From NCBI GenBank assembly GCA_030704615.1, contig CM060732.1, positions 12,710,001-12,774,000 of the forward strand: a DNA stretch of 64,000 nt, written 5' to 3'. The notes below the pieces were generated by a model that saw only the letters and a program-made list of their open reading frames with translations, did not search any database and was not told the origin of the DNA. Of this stretch, positions 46,901-60,111 are shown piece by piece (positions within the stretch are counted from its first letter, which is position 1; the number at the start of each line of letters is the position of its first letter). A program made the translations under genes and the position numbers. This DNA is from Takakia lepidozioides (lineage: Eukaryota > Plantae > Bryophyta).

Positions 46901-47350
46901 GAACCTTACTGTGGCCTGAGGTGTGAGCGACCAAGAATATCCCTGAATCCATTCAAGGATATTGAGAAAGGGTTTTTTGTGCTCGTTCGCCCTTACGACC
47001 CAAGTATATGCCCGGTCTGGATGGGGGTGGCAATATCTGATGTGATCCACGAAAGGGAGGATCCTAATTTTAAGAAGGTGAAGGTGGAGTGATGGAGACC
47101 GAGAAAAGGTTGTAACCCAACAGACTTGGAAAGGTACAGGGACTGTTGGTCAAAACTTTGGGAGTATAACTCATCAGATCCTTCTCAATGGGTCCACGTG
47201 AACAATGCCTCCACGAAAAAATACGACAAGGAATAGCACTAAGAGAATTACTGCCGCCGAAGTAGTGAAGGCGCGCGCTAATTTGGAGGAGGCTAATCGT
47301 CAGTCAGAGTGCGAGCGAGTTCCAGACCAAAGACATATTGTTGAGGTCAA
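43949..47350 (+). pseudogene. Sola1-like DDD transposase (RNase H fold), with intron 45277-45436
   Basis: CCRLHCC and VCETAWWTIHGI N-terminal motifs; FAKCTEC; IIHDKMDH, LYLQMDNSAKDNKN, FLMFGHTHEDIDGFFS triad. The intron joins the frames exactly (SNE|TNRLFGLEG). Frameshifts at ~44595 and ~46450; stops at 46836 and 47090. Confidence 0.85.
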
Positions 47351-48059
47351 CTCCAGTACTTCGATTTAAGAAATAAATTTTTCTTCTCTATATGGCCTTT
47401 CTTGTTTGGGGGATCCTTTTTGTTATCTTCTTATGTCGCACTGAACCTCGAATGTCCAGTGGACGTTCTCGTCATTTGTTTCTGGTTTGCTGGATGCTGG
47501 CCTGCTGTACGTCTTGGTCAACAAAGATGACCCTGTGGGGGAGTTTCGCCTACATAACATATAGATCACAAGAACAAAATGGGCGGGCACGACCACCGGA
47601 GTCTTCAAATTCGGTCAAAGAGGTTTTTAACAACGGAAGAAAATAGCCCATTTCCAGTCCTTCTCTGAAACATTGGACTTGCTTTTCGCATAACCAATTC
47701 TCCCACTGAAGTCTCCCACTAGGAGGTGCCTTACTCAATCGTTGTTGACATATAGTTTTTCAATTTGCCAGTCCTCAAGTTTTTTCTATGAGGTTTTCCT
47801 CCATTTTTCCTCTAAGCTCTACGACTTTTCTGCACCAAATTTTCATTTCATTTCATTTTCATACTTCTCATCTTTGGCCCTGGTTTAAGAGGGAATTTCA
47901 CATGTCCTTTTCCGTTATTCAAATTTTAAGCAATTTTTATTTCTCATAGTTTTTATTTGGTGGTCTGACTTTTTATCCTCTCTCATGTTTTCTTCAGATC
48001 CATTTTCTCCCATGAGATCCAGGCGCTTCCCAAAAGTCGTTATATAACGCCATTTTCTT

Positions 48060-49690
48060 TCCAAATCTATTCATACCATAACTATAGCCATAACCATAAC
48101 CATTATGGTTATTGAAATGTCTTCTCCCTTCACATTTGCACTAGTTTTTTTTCTTTGTATTGGATTGACATGCATTTAGGCATGTTACAGTTTGCTTTCT
48201 ATGTTACATCTTAATACTAGGTCCAGGTTCCAACGACGAGTCTTTCATTTAAATACTTGTCCATAATATTAGGTTCTTCATTTTTTTTTTGCTTACTAGT
48301 ACCCTACTAACAACACTAAGTTCTAGCGAAGTCTGGAGTTTTCCATAAGACTTAGTGTTTGTCTATTTTGTAACTTAAACATAAACCCTAAACCCTTACT
48401 AGAAAACCCTAAACATTTACCCTTAACCCAATACCCCAGAACCCTTTCCCTTCCCTTTGCAAATGGGAATCAACTATCCATACCATAATTATAACCATTT
48501 TGGCTATCCAAATCTCTTCAATGTAACGGAATTTCCATTTTGTACCATACTAACACACACTAAGTTGTAGCGAGTGCGAGTCTTCCGGCATGTATGCTCA
48601 CCATTTCTGCTTTCAACCCAAGCCCTAAACCCTCGTCGAAAACCCTAAGGAAAACCCTATGCCATTGTTACGTCTAAACCCTTACCCTTCCCCTGCAACT
48701 GGGAATGAAGTATCCATACCATAACCATAACTATTTATGGTTATTCAAATCTCTTCGCCCTTCACCTTGCGCAAGGTTTTGCCTTTGGTTTGGATTGACA
48801 TGCACTTACTTTTTTTTTATCGAACTTTGCTTTCTATGTATCTTAATACCAAGTTCCAAGGACGAGTCTTTCATTTAAATACTTGTCCGATGCAATGACT
48901 ACACTTCCATAATATTAGGTTCTTCATTTTTATTTTGCTTAGTACTACCTTACTAACAACACTAAGTTGTAGCGAGTGCGAGTCTTCCGGCATGTATGCT
49001 CACCATTTCTGCCTTCAACCCAAACCCTAAACCCTCGTCGGGAACCCTAAACAAAACCCTACGCCATTGTTACGTCTAAACGCTTAACCTTCCCTTGCAA
49101 ATGGGAATGAAGTATCCATACCATAACCATATGTATCTTAATACCAAGTTCCAAGGACGAATCCTCAATCTAAATACTTCTCCGGCCCAATGACTCTTCC
49201 ATAATATTTGTTTTTATTTTATTTTTTTATCCTTCTAACACACACCAAGTTCTAGCGACTATGAGTCTTCCATATTTGTTTGTCCAATAGTGTTCTTAAA
49301 CCCAAACCGAAAACCCTACCTTTACCATCACCCCTAAACCATTAATCTTACCATAAACCAATAACTTTAGTGTACTACCCTAGTTACACTCCAAACCTTA
49401 TTGTACTACCATGTTACATTTTCTCAATGTTTCATGCTCTTTTAATATTTTCTTTTGTTGGATAAGGTATGATAGAATGATTACAGGGATATCAAATTCC
49501 TCAACCATTTCTTAATTCTACCGAATGTTAGTCCAACATATTTGTTTGTCTTTTTGTACCCTAAATCCAAACCCTAAACCCTTACCCTTACTGTAAACCC
49601 AAACCTTATTACACTTCTTTCTAGTTACACGCCAAACCTTATTGTACTACCCTAGTACCTCTTCCGAATGTTTCATGCTATTCTAATATT
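48060..49690. repeat. subterminal repeat array rich in AAACCCT/CCATAA motifs
   Basis: Blocks such as ACACTAAGTTGTAGCGAGTGCGAGTCTTCCGGCATGTATGCTCACC recur at ~48557 and ~48959. GTCTTTCATTTAAATACTTGTCC recurs at ~48240 and ~48866. Many AAACCCTAAA motifs. Confidence 0.8.
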
Positions 49691-50095
49691 TTACTGCCCT
49701 TGTCACATCCAAAAAATGATTCATTCCAATGGCGTGGTATGTGAACATTGTGCTTCATATGAAGATTCAATCAATAAAATTACTAGCAAGTTGTATTGAG
49801 TATGGTAGAGTACGAGTTTGGCCCATGTTCGATGCGACCCATTTGTTTATCATGATGACCTGCAATGGAATATTACTTTATTCGACTTCCAAATGGACGT
49901 TCAATGAATTGTTCAATACTGCTACTTCACATTGAGCACTTCAATGTCAAATGGACCTCTTCTATGACACATTTTGAAACAAGTATGACATCACCTGAAA
50001 TTTCACAAAGTTCAATCACACATTACACCATGATATTATTAATATTTCAATTAAATTTAATACAAATATATATTAAGTTTAGTCCGGATTTAAGC

Positions 50096-50126
50096 CAAAA
50101 GTCCAGAATTAATTAAAATAGGGTTT
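50096..50126. repeat. terminal inverted repeat of giant DNA transposon
   Basis: CAAAAGTCCAGAATTAATTAAAATAGGGTTT, abutting the Copia RT codons CTA GGA GTG G. Confidence 0.9.
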
Positions 50127-53100
50127 CCACTCCTAGCTATAAATTGAGGTGACCTAGTAGGGATATGACAAATCTCTTGGATAGTTGGTCACGTAGCCAC
50201 TTGATCTTCAAAGAATGATTCCCAGTGATGAGGAGATCATCTACGTAAATGACCATGATCAAGATTTTTCCGTCTTCAAATATGTAGTATAAATTTGGAT
50301 CAGATTGGCAATTTGTCATACCTTGTTCACGCAGGAAAGTATCCATTTTCTCATACCATGCGCGGGATGCCTGCTTCAGGCCATAAAGAGCCTTGTGGAG
50401 TCTATAGACCTTGTGTTCAGAGCCAGCGACTTCAAATCCTTGAGGTTGGATGATGTACACATCCTCCTTCAAGTTCCCATTGAGAAATGCGGTTTGATAT
50501 CCATATGAAGAACATCCCAATCATTGCTAGCTACAAGAGCCACCATGTTGCGAATTGTACTCCATTTTGCAACCGGGGCAAATGTCTCATCAAAATCAAT
50601 ACCTGCTTGTTGTTCATATCCTTTTGCTACTAGCCTTGCCTTAAGTTTGATAGGTTGACCATCAGAACCAGCTTTCACTTTGTAAACCCACTTGGAATGA
50701 ATAGGTCGTTTCCCTGGAGGTAAATCTGTGAGGGACCAGGTCTGGTTTTGAGAGATGGAAGTCATCTCCTCTTTCATAGCACGAACCCATCTAGGGTTAG
50801 AAGCCGCATCAGAAAAATTGACTGGCTCATCAAGGAAATCATGTTCAATTTCAACGTTGAAAACTAAATGATCCCTGAGTCTGATGGATGGTGCTCTGAA
50901 CGTGTGATGCACGGAGGAGAATGGACAGGGTCATCTGTATATGATGATGTAGGTTGGAGTCTACAGGGGGATGATCCATTGGAGGCTCGGATGCTGAATG
51001 AGTTGGCGATGACGTTGAGGTCACAACTGTATGATCGTCATGCAAACTCGAGCCAACAGGTGGATCATATTTAGCAGGTTGATAGATAGAATTCTTACTT
51101 GCAACGTGCAATACAAAACTTGACAGTTCACCAACAAATTAGAACCGCATGTGTGCTTCGATGTTTGTTCCTCGAGACTGTCATGTGACACGTCTTGGGC
51201 AACATCAACCTGGGTTTCATCACGAGGAGGATCACCCTCAGCATCATGAAGGTCTGATGGTTTTTTTCTTGAGTAAAAGAATACACCTTCGTCCAGGCGT
51301 ACATCCTTGCTGATAAGGATTTTCCTCGATGATGGATGGTAGCATCGTAAACCCTTGGTTTCTGCATCGTAGCCTACAAAGACGCGGCGTAAAGATTTTG
51401 AGTCGAGCTTCCTCCGTTTTTCATCTGCAATGTGCACATAAGCAACGTTTACAAAAATCCTCAATTTGCTCAAATCTGGTTTTTGGCCAGAGAATCTCTC
51501 ATCTGGTGTAGTGCCCTGATTGGCTCTCATTGGTAAGAGGTTTGTAAGTAGGTTGGCCGTGCTAAGCACCTCCGCCCAGAGATGCCTTGGGATCCCGGTC
51601 TCATAGACCATGGCTCGAACTTTTTCCATCAATGTTCGGTTCTTTCTTTCAGCAATCCCATTTTGGTGTGATGTGTAGGACTGAGTGAGTTGTCTCTTGA
51701 TTCTAGCTTGGTCAAGATATGATTGAAATTCATCAGAGAGATACTCCCCTCCTCTATCATTTCTCAAGCATTGAATTTTCTTTCCAGTGGCATTTTCTAC
51801 GAGTGCCTTGAACTTCTTGAAGAATGTAAATGCTTGTGATTTGTGTTTTAGGAAGTACACCCACCCTTTTCTGCTGAAGTCATCAATGAACGTGATGAAA
51901 AAATGAGCTCCACCGTGTGAAGTGGAATGTGGACCGCATAAGTATGAGTGCACCAGCTCCAAGATCTATGTTGCTCTGTGAGTTGCAATCTTGGGTGCAC
52001 GTTTTCGATGTTGCTTGCCCTCCATGCATCCCTGGCAGACTGGTGCCTGCAAACGGATCGGAGGAATCCCTGTTGCCAAGCCTCATGTGGAAAGAAAGTG
52101 CACACTTTGTGGATGGAGATGCCCTAGTCTTCAGTGCCACAACCATGACGGGTTAGACATCCCTTCGATCGAGCAAACCAAGGGTGTCGATATGGAGGCA
52201 GAATCTGTCCCTTTAATCTTGTTGGGATCTTGGATTCCTTGGCCAATGATGTTGTAAGAAGGTTTTTGAATGAGAAAACATTCTTGCTATCAAAGACTAG
52301 GATTATGCCTGTGTTTGTCAGTCTCCCAACGGACAGTAGATTCTTTGTGCAATCAGGGACATAAAGAACTTCGTCAACTTTTATTTTGCCTGTGGCAGTG
52401 GAAATGTTGACAGACCCTTTGCCCTCAATGGCAAGACTTTCTCCTCCGGCAGACTTAACATAAGATGGGTGCTCGCAAAATTCTAAGTCTACCAAGGCAT
52501 CTTTTTCTTTGCCTACGTGCTTGGTAGCACCTGAATCAAGAAACCATTCAGATTCTAACTCCAGAGCATTAATGCTACATTCAAAAAAATCCAATGATGT
52601 TTCCTCATTATCAATGAAGGGAGCTCCTTCTTCTTCCATGACGTTGACTTGTGGAGGTCGGTGACTGTCACGACGCTCACGTGCTCTCTTGGCCATTTCG
52701 CGTGCGAGTTCAGGGCAAGTTCTCATCAGGTGGCCAAGCTCTCCACAGAAATTACAAGGACCTATGACTCTAGGTCGAAATCCACTTCGTGCATGATCCT
52801 CACTATGTTGAGATCGGAAACCACCACGTCCAAGTTCGGTGTGGAGGAACCGCCGTCCCTAGTAATTTGGATGGTGATACGTCGATGGGTTTCGCATTCT
52901 CACCATTAGGGCTTCTGCACTGTCACTGTTACTCATGTTCTTGGTCCGAAATGCCAATCGTCCTTCTTCTTGCATCAGTCTCGCGGAGATCTCGGCAAAT
53001 GTTGGAAGTTGCTTGTTTCCATTGAAGGTCTGCAGTACCCCTCCAAAGCTGTCGAGAAGGGTGTTGAGTACGCTCTCGACTAAGTCTCGCTCATCCACAG

Positions 53101-53520
53101 CTTCTACCTGCAAGCTCGAACTGTATTTCTTGAATTTTCTGCAGATACTCAGCCACATTTCTGCCACATTAGTACGGTTTCCCAACTTAATCGTGGTGAG
53201 TTTATCCTTCAGCATTAATCTGGTGGCGTTGTTTGGAACCATGTAGAGATCAGGAAGATACCTCCAGCTTTCTGGGGTCATTGAAAGCAGCAATGGAAGG
53301 CATGATGTGGTCTTTCAGAGACAAATTAGAGTCGCGAGAGCCTTGACTCTCAGCTTTCGAAGTTCCTCAACTTGTTGAACATTGTTTGGATCAATGATCC
53401 TGATAGGGGTGAGGTGATCAACAATATCCCAAATATCCTCTCGAAGGAGGATGTTCTTGATCCTGAACTTCCAAATAGTGGCCCACTTAATTTGTTACTG
53501 GGTCTTGACTCGTCATAATG
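50127..53520 (-). pseudogene. Ty1/Copia gag-PR-IN-RT(5') region, degenerate
   Basis: WKFRIKNIL (gag), CNFCGELGHLMRTC, WFLDSGATKH (PR), ELVHSYLCGP..FIDDFSR..NDRGGEY..NGIAERKNRTL (IN), KARLVAKGY..FAPV..LYGLKQA..YVDDLL (RT). 5' LTR and PBS not identified. Confidence 0.95.
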
Positions 53521-54554
53521 AAGAAATGTGACAGGAACAAAATAAAAGGATCCCACCAAAGATTCAAGAAACAAGAAGGAAAAAAAAAAGAAGGAAGGCT
53601 GTAACCTTCGTGATCAGAAAAACTACAGTGGAAGAATTGAATAGCAAGAAACAATACAAAAGATCGCCCCTCCTCTTTCTACAGAGGAAGCTTTATACAA
53701 ATACCCCATCCTTATGGATAGACAAACGTTGGAGTACAAGAGACGTCAATCTTAAAGCAATTAAACCCAACCGTAGATAAAGCCCCACTCTCGATCAACA
53801 TCATGCACTCTCTTGAGAATATTTTCCTTGCAACCGTCTTGCAATTCCAAGAACTTCTGAAAGAATTGTTTGGACAATCTTTCTTTCTCAGTTTCAGAGG
53901 GAATTTGATCCTCGATGATCCCACCAGATGCATGTCACATTGAGGTTGCGATAAGGGCAGCGTTGCCTATAGCAAGTGGTGGATAACAACATATAAGAGC
54001 TGTTATACAACGGTAGGCCGTCAAATCAGAGCGATACAAAATGAAGCTGTCAACCTCATGAACGAATAACCCAAAAATGAGCTAAGGGGAATCTCACCCA
54101 TTACAGCGTGGAGCCGTAGTCTTCTTTCCTAACTATACAATACACTAGTTAGTTGGTGTAGCCTTGCACTAGAACACGTAGGGCAATGGTTTGGAGTTTG
54201 TGCCTTGCCTGTGCATAACCTAGAGTTATCTAGGGTTCAAAGTGTCCACCTTTCAACGAAGGCAATAGTCCGGAGTAGTTCCGAGAGATGAAGATACACT
54301 ATAATATATGCTTCCTTCGGGACGCTATTGTAGCCCTAACTGAAACAGAATTTAAAAAAGAAAAAGAAAAAATCAATCAATACCTAACTTGTAAAAGGGT
54401 GGCCGTGGCAACCGTTTTGACTTCATCTCCATATAGTTCGCCTAACTAATAGCAAGTTGAGCCTATTTTTGCTCCAAACTGCTAGGCTTGTCGACCCCTG
54501 TAAGGCCTTTATTGTCTTCTTAGTTTCCTATTTACGAAGATCTTCATTTTTCCC

Positions 54555-54780
54555 TTTTTTTTCCCTTAAGGGAAATACCCCGGAGCGACTGCAGTGGCTG
54601 CTTAATTATAATGAGACGAGAAAACAATCCTCTCCTCGGCATGAGGCGCCACCAAGCACAAGGCTCATGGGACACCACCCAAGGGAAAGGGGAGAACATC
54701 ATACCACACCTGACAAGGTAGCAGGAATTGAGCCCAGAACCACCTGGTGGCACTTAGTGCTCTCCTACCAACTGCTGGTA
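54555..54780 (-). mobile_element. tRNA-derived SINE-like element
   Basis: Minus strand: A-box-like CAGTTGGTAG, B-box-like GGCTCAATTCC about 30 nt later, ~200-bp body ending in an A8 run. No TSD confirmed. Confidence 0.5.
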
Positions 54781-55249
54781 TCACTATTGAATTTGACAAG
54801 AGGTGCACATCGGATATATACATTTCGAAGAATTCATAGTATTCACAGAGTTGAGCATCAGTTGAACGGGTTGTGTCCCCAAGCCTGAAATGGCATTTGA
54901 TGTGTTGGGGGTGCGCCGGCTGGGTGGATTTGACGGTTGCTCATGTTATAAGTGTCACAGTGTGCGAGACCCGCCACTGACATGAATATGTTGCCAGTTG
55001 GAGCTCTTTATAACAAAACGCATGTATGCATGTTCTTCCATATTTTTCTGAAATGCCGTTGACCGCCAACAGTAGTACCAGTGTTGGGCGGAAATATGAT
55101 TTCTGTCATCCTCTGGTTTTGGTTTTTTCCAGCTTTGGAAACTAAGAACCTCTTGTTCAAATACTAGAAAAATTTATGTTAAGATATATCCTATGCAACG
55201 ATCTCAAGAAACAACACATTTGTTAAATGTTACAAATTGCATGCTTCAT

Positions 55250-55407
55250 AGGCTTGCATTGAAGACGCTAATAATCTAACATGGGCTTCAGAGGCTTGCA
55301 TTGAAAACGCTAATAACCTAAAATGGGCTTCAGAGGCTTGCATTGAAAACGCTAATAATCTAAAATGGGCTTCCGAGGCTTGCATTGAAGATGCTAATAA
55401 TCTAATA
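55250..55407. repeat. 42-bp minisatellite, ~3.7 copies
   Basis: AGGCTTGCATTGAARAYGCTAATAAYCTAAMATGGGCTTCMG starting at 55250, 55292, 55334 and 55376. Confidence 0.9.
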
Positions 55408-56811
55408 TGAGAGGCTGCTCCCTTCTAGTTTATGAAATTCCCTTGGATAAAACTTAACACGTTCATCTATACATATTTTCAACCAGTTCATGTCCTGGTG
55501 ACAGCGATTTTGAAGAATTACTAGATCATTAGAGAACGAACTAATGAACTAATTCCAATTAGTTCGTAGAAGGCATGTAAGCCCATCTGATCAAATTAAA
55601 CAGCAAGAAAAAAAATACCCTTGCAAAAACGGCCATGCAGGCCTACTTACACTGAGGCCCGGTGCCGGTGAACTCTTAATTTCCACCAAGGAACAATAGA
55701 ATTAACTTTTTTCTTTAGTTAATTCTATTGCCCTTGGGCTGGAAATTACTATAATTTGACCCTGCCACCTTTAATGTTACATCTGTATTCCTTAATCTTC
55801 ATCTACCACCCTGGTGATATGGTAGTGGTTAACCTCTTGTAGGCTAACTAACTGCTCCCCAGGTGGGGTAGACTATAGTGTTAATCTAATTTTAGTTGAA
55901 CCCAAAATGGGCGAAATGAAGCCCCACAACTTTGCAGGTATCAACTCGAGAAAATTCTTGTGGCCAAATGGAGCATGGGAACAACTGGCATGGCATGCAT
56001 TCAATGGGCAGCATCTATGACCCTTCACTACAGTACCAGCAATCTGGTGGGGAGCAGCACACCCAAGGCCTCACAGGACGTGAGGAATAGTAAGAGAGGG
56101 AGGCCTCCTAAAAGCCCTTAGTTGCCCACGAGCTCCACCAGTCTCTTCGCCAACTTCTTTACATCTACATTCTATATCTCTACCTCTTCTCTGCTGATTG
56201 CCTTCTCTTTGTCTGTGTTAATTGGATCTCACTGAGCACTTGGCCACAAAAACCAAGGGAATTCTCATCACTGGGTCTGTACATGGTGGGTGTCTTCTTT
56301 AGCACTCCCTAGTGCTCTGTCTGTTCAATGGTGTAGCTGGTTTTGTCCGGACTCGTTTTCTGTTGGAAAGCTTATTTCTTTGGAATTTGATATTCTCTAG
56401 AGCTTTATGGGCTCTAGCAGCTACTCAGCAACGTTTGCTAAGAACAAGTGCTACTGGGTTTTCCTATAGCGTTCTTTCCTTTGTTTCTCTTGGGACTAGA
56501 AAGAGCACCGAGAGTGTGGTCTTACCTTCGAGAAGACTCCTAGCATCTTAAAATTGTAGGTGGTTCGCAGTTTCTTGTCCCTTTGGAACCTCTGTGGATG
56601 AGTACGAGCCGTCAGAGGGCCATCAGACATACAGACACCACTTTATTATTCGCAAGGTTGATTTCACGTACCACTCTATCATACTCAACGTAATCTTGGT
56701 GACGAGATTGTCAGCTCCAGTACTATTGAAGGCAAATCCCAAGAGCTAACTCGAAGTTGGCTAGCTGACAGACAGACGAAGACATCCCGAGTGGAGGGCT
56801 GAAAGGGAGAA

Positions 56812-59315
<2,504 letters not shown>

Positions 59316-60111
59316 GAAGGTATCTCCTCTTCTTTGAATGATGGGCATCCAACCACAAACATGCGTCACATGCTCTCCTGGCTGGCAGAGAGCTGGAGGA
59401 ATCGTGTCAGAGCTATCTTCCAGCGTGACTACAACGAGATTGTTCTGTAAGCGGAGGGATATAACGAGCTACATCTACATCTACATCTACATCCACAAGG
59501 TACAATAGTTTGTGGTCAAAATTTCCACGAGGCTAGACACTGTGCGCAATATGCTCAGTTTTTATAGGACATATGTTGAACCGTTCTGAGAGAATATCTC
59601 CCCTCATTCCGAAGATAAGTATACTAACTTCTGCGTGATCATTTCTCTCGAAGTTGTGTAGAATATGTAAAAGCAAAACTGTGGTACAATCTTGATTATG
59701 ATCATGTGACTATCATTGCAATATTACATTACAGCACATAGTAGTATTTGAAAAATTAGGACTTTCATTCATTAACAGTGTTGTATGTCATGTAGTGTGC
59801 AAACTACCCTCGCAAGCTCCCTCTACTTTTTACATAGAATGGACTGAAATGACCGAGAATGTATGAAAGCAAGTATAGTGTGTAGTTTTTTCAACCAAAT
59901 CACCAATAGTTCAACTGTTTGCGTTATAACTACGGCTTTATTTTTAAAAGGATTGGATAAATATGGGAATTTCCCTTCACCTAACAAAGGCAACAAATGT
60001 AGACAGACAGGTTTGCATTTACTCAAAACGTGTAGAGTAGTGAACATCCTGTCCGTGTTAAGATCACAATGGTTTGTATGCAATCAAAGATAACTGTAAA
60101 TCTGCCAAGGC

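Larger units (their letters stand above)
33678..50126. mobile_element. main body of ~19-kb cargo-carrying DNA transposon (Sola1-like); remainder at 17718-20410
   Basis: 31-bp TIRs, clean insertion into Copia RT with a GG (or TGG) duplication, transposase, cargo genes and element-restricted 24-bp palindromes. Confidence 0.85.

Noticed and set aside
13813-47467. 24-bp palindromes as CRISPR repeats
   Set aside because: Spacing is irregular (0.1-2.4 kb), there are no uniform spacers or cas genes, and the context is eukaryotic.
48300-49610. Interstitial telomere / chromosome fusion site
   Set aside because: The AAACCCT motifs are scattered and degenerate within larger repeat units, not a tandem (TTTAGGG)n tract.
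53520-54500. 5' LTR/PBS of the Copia element
   Set aside because: No TGGTATCAGAGC-type PBS and no visible match to 5333-6378, so it was not annotated.
55250-55407. 42-bp repeat as a CRISPR array
   Set aside because: Units are head-to-tail with no unique spacers; an ordinary minisatellite.
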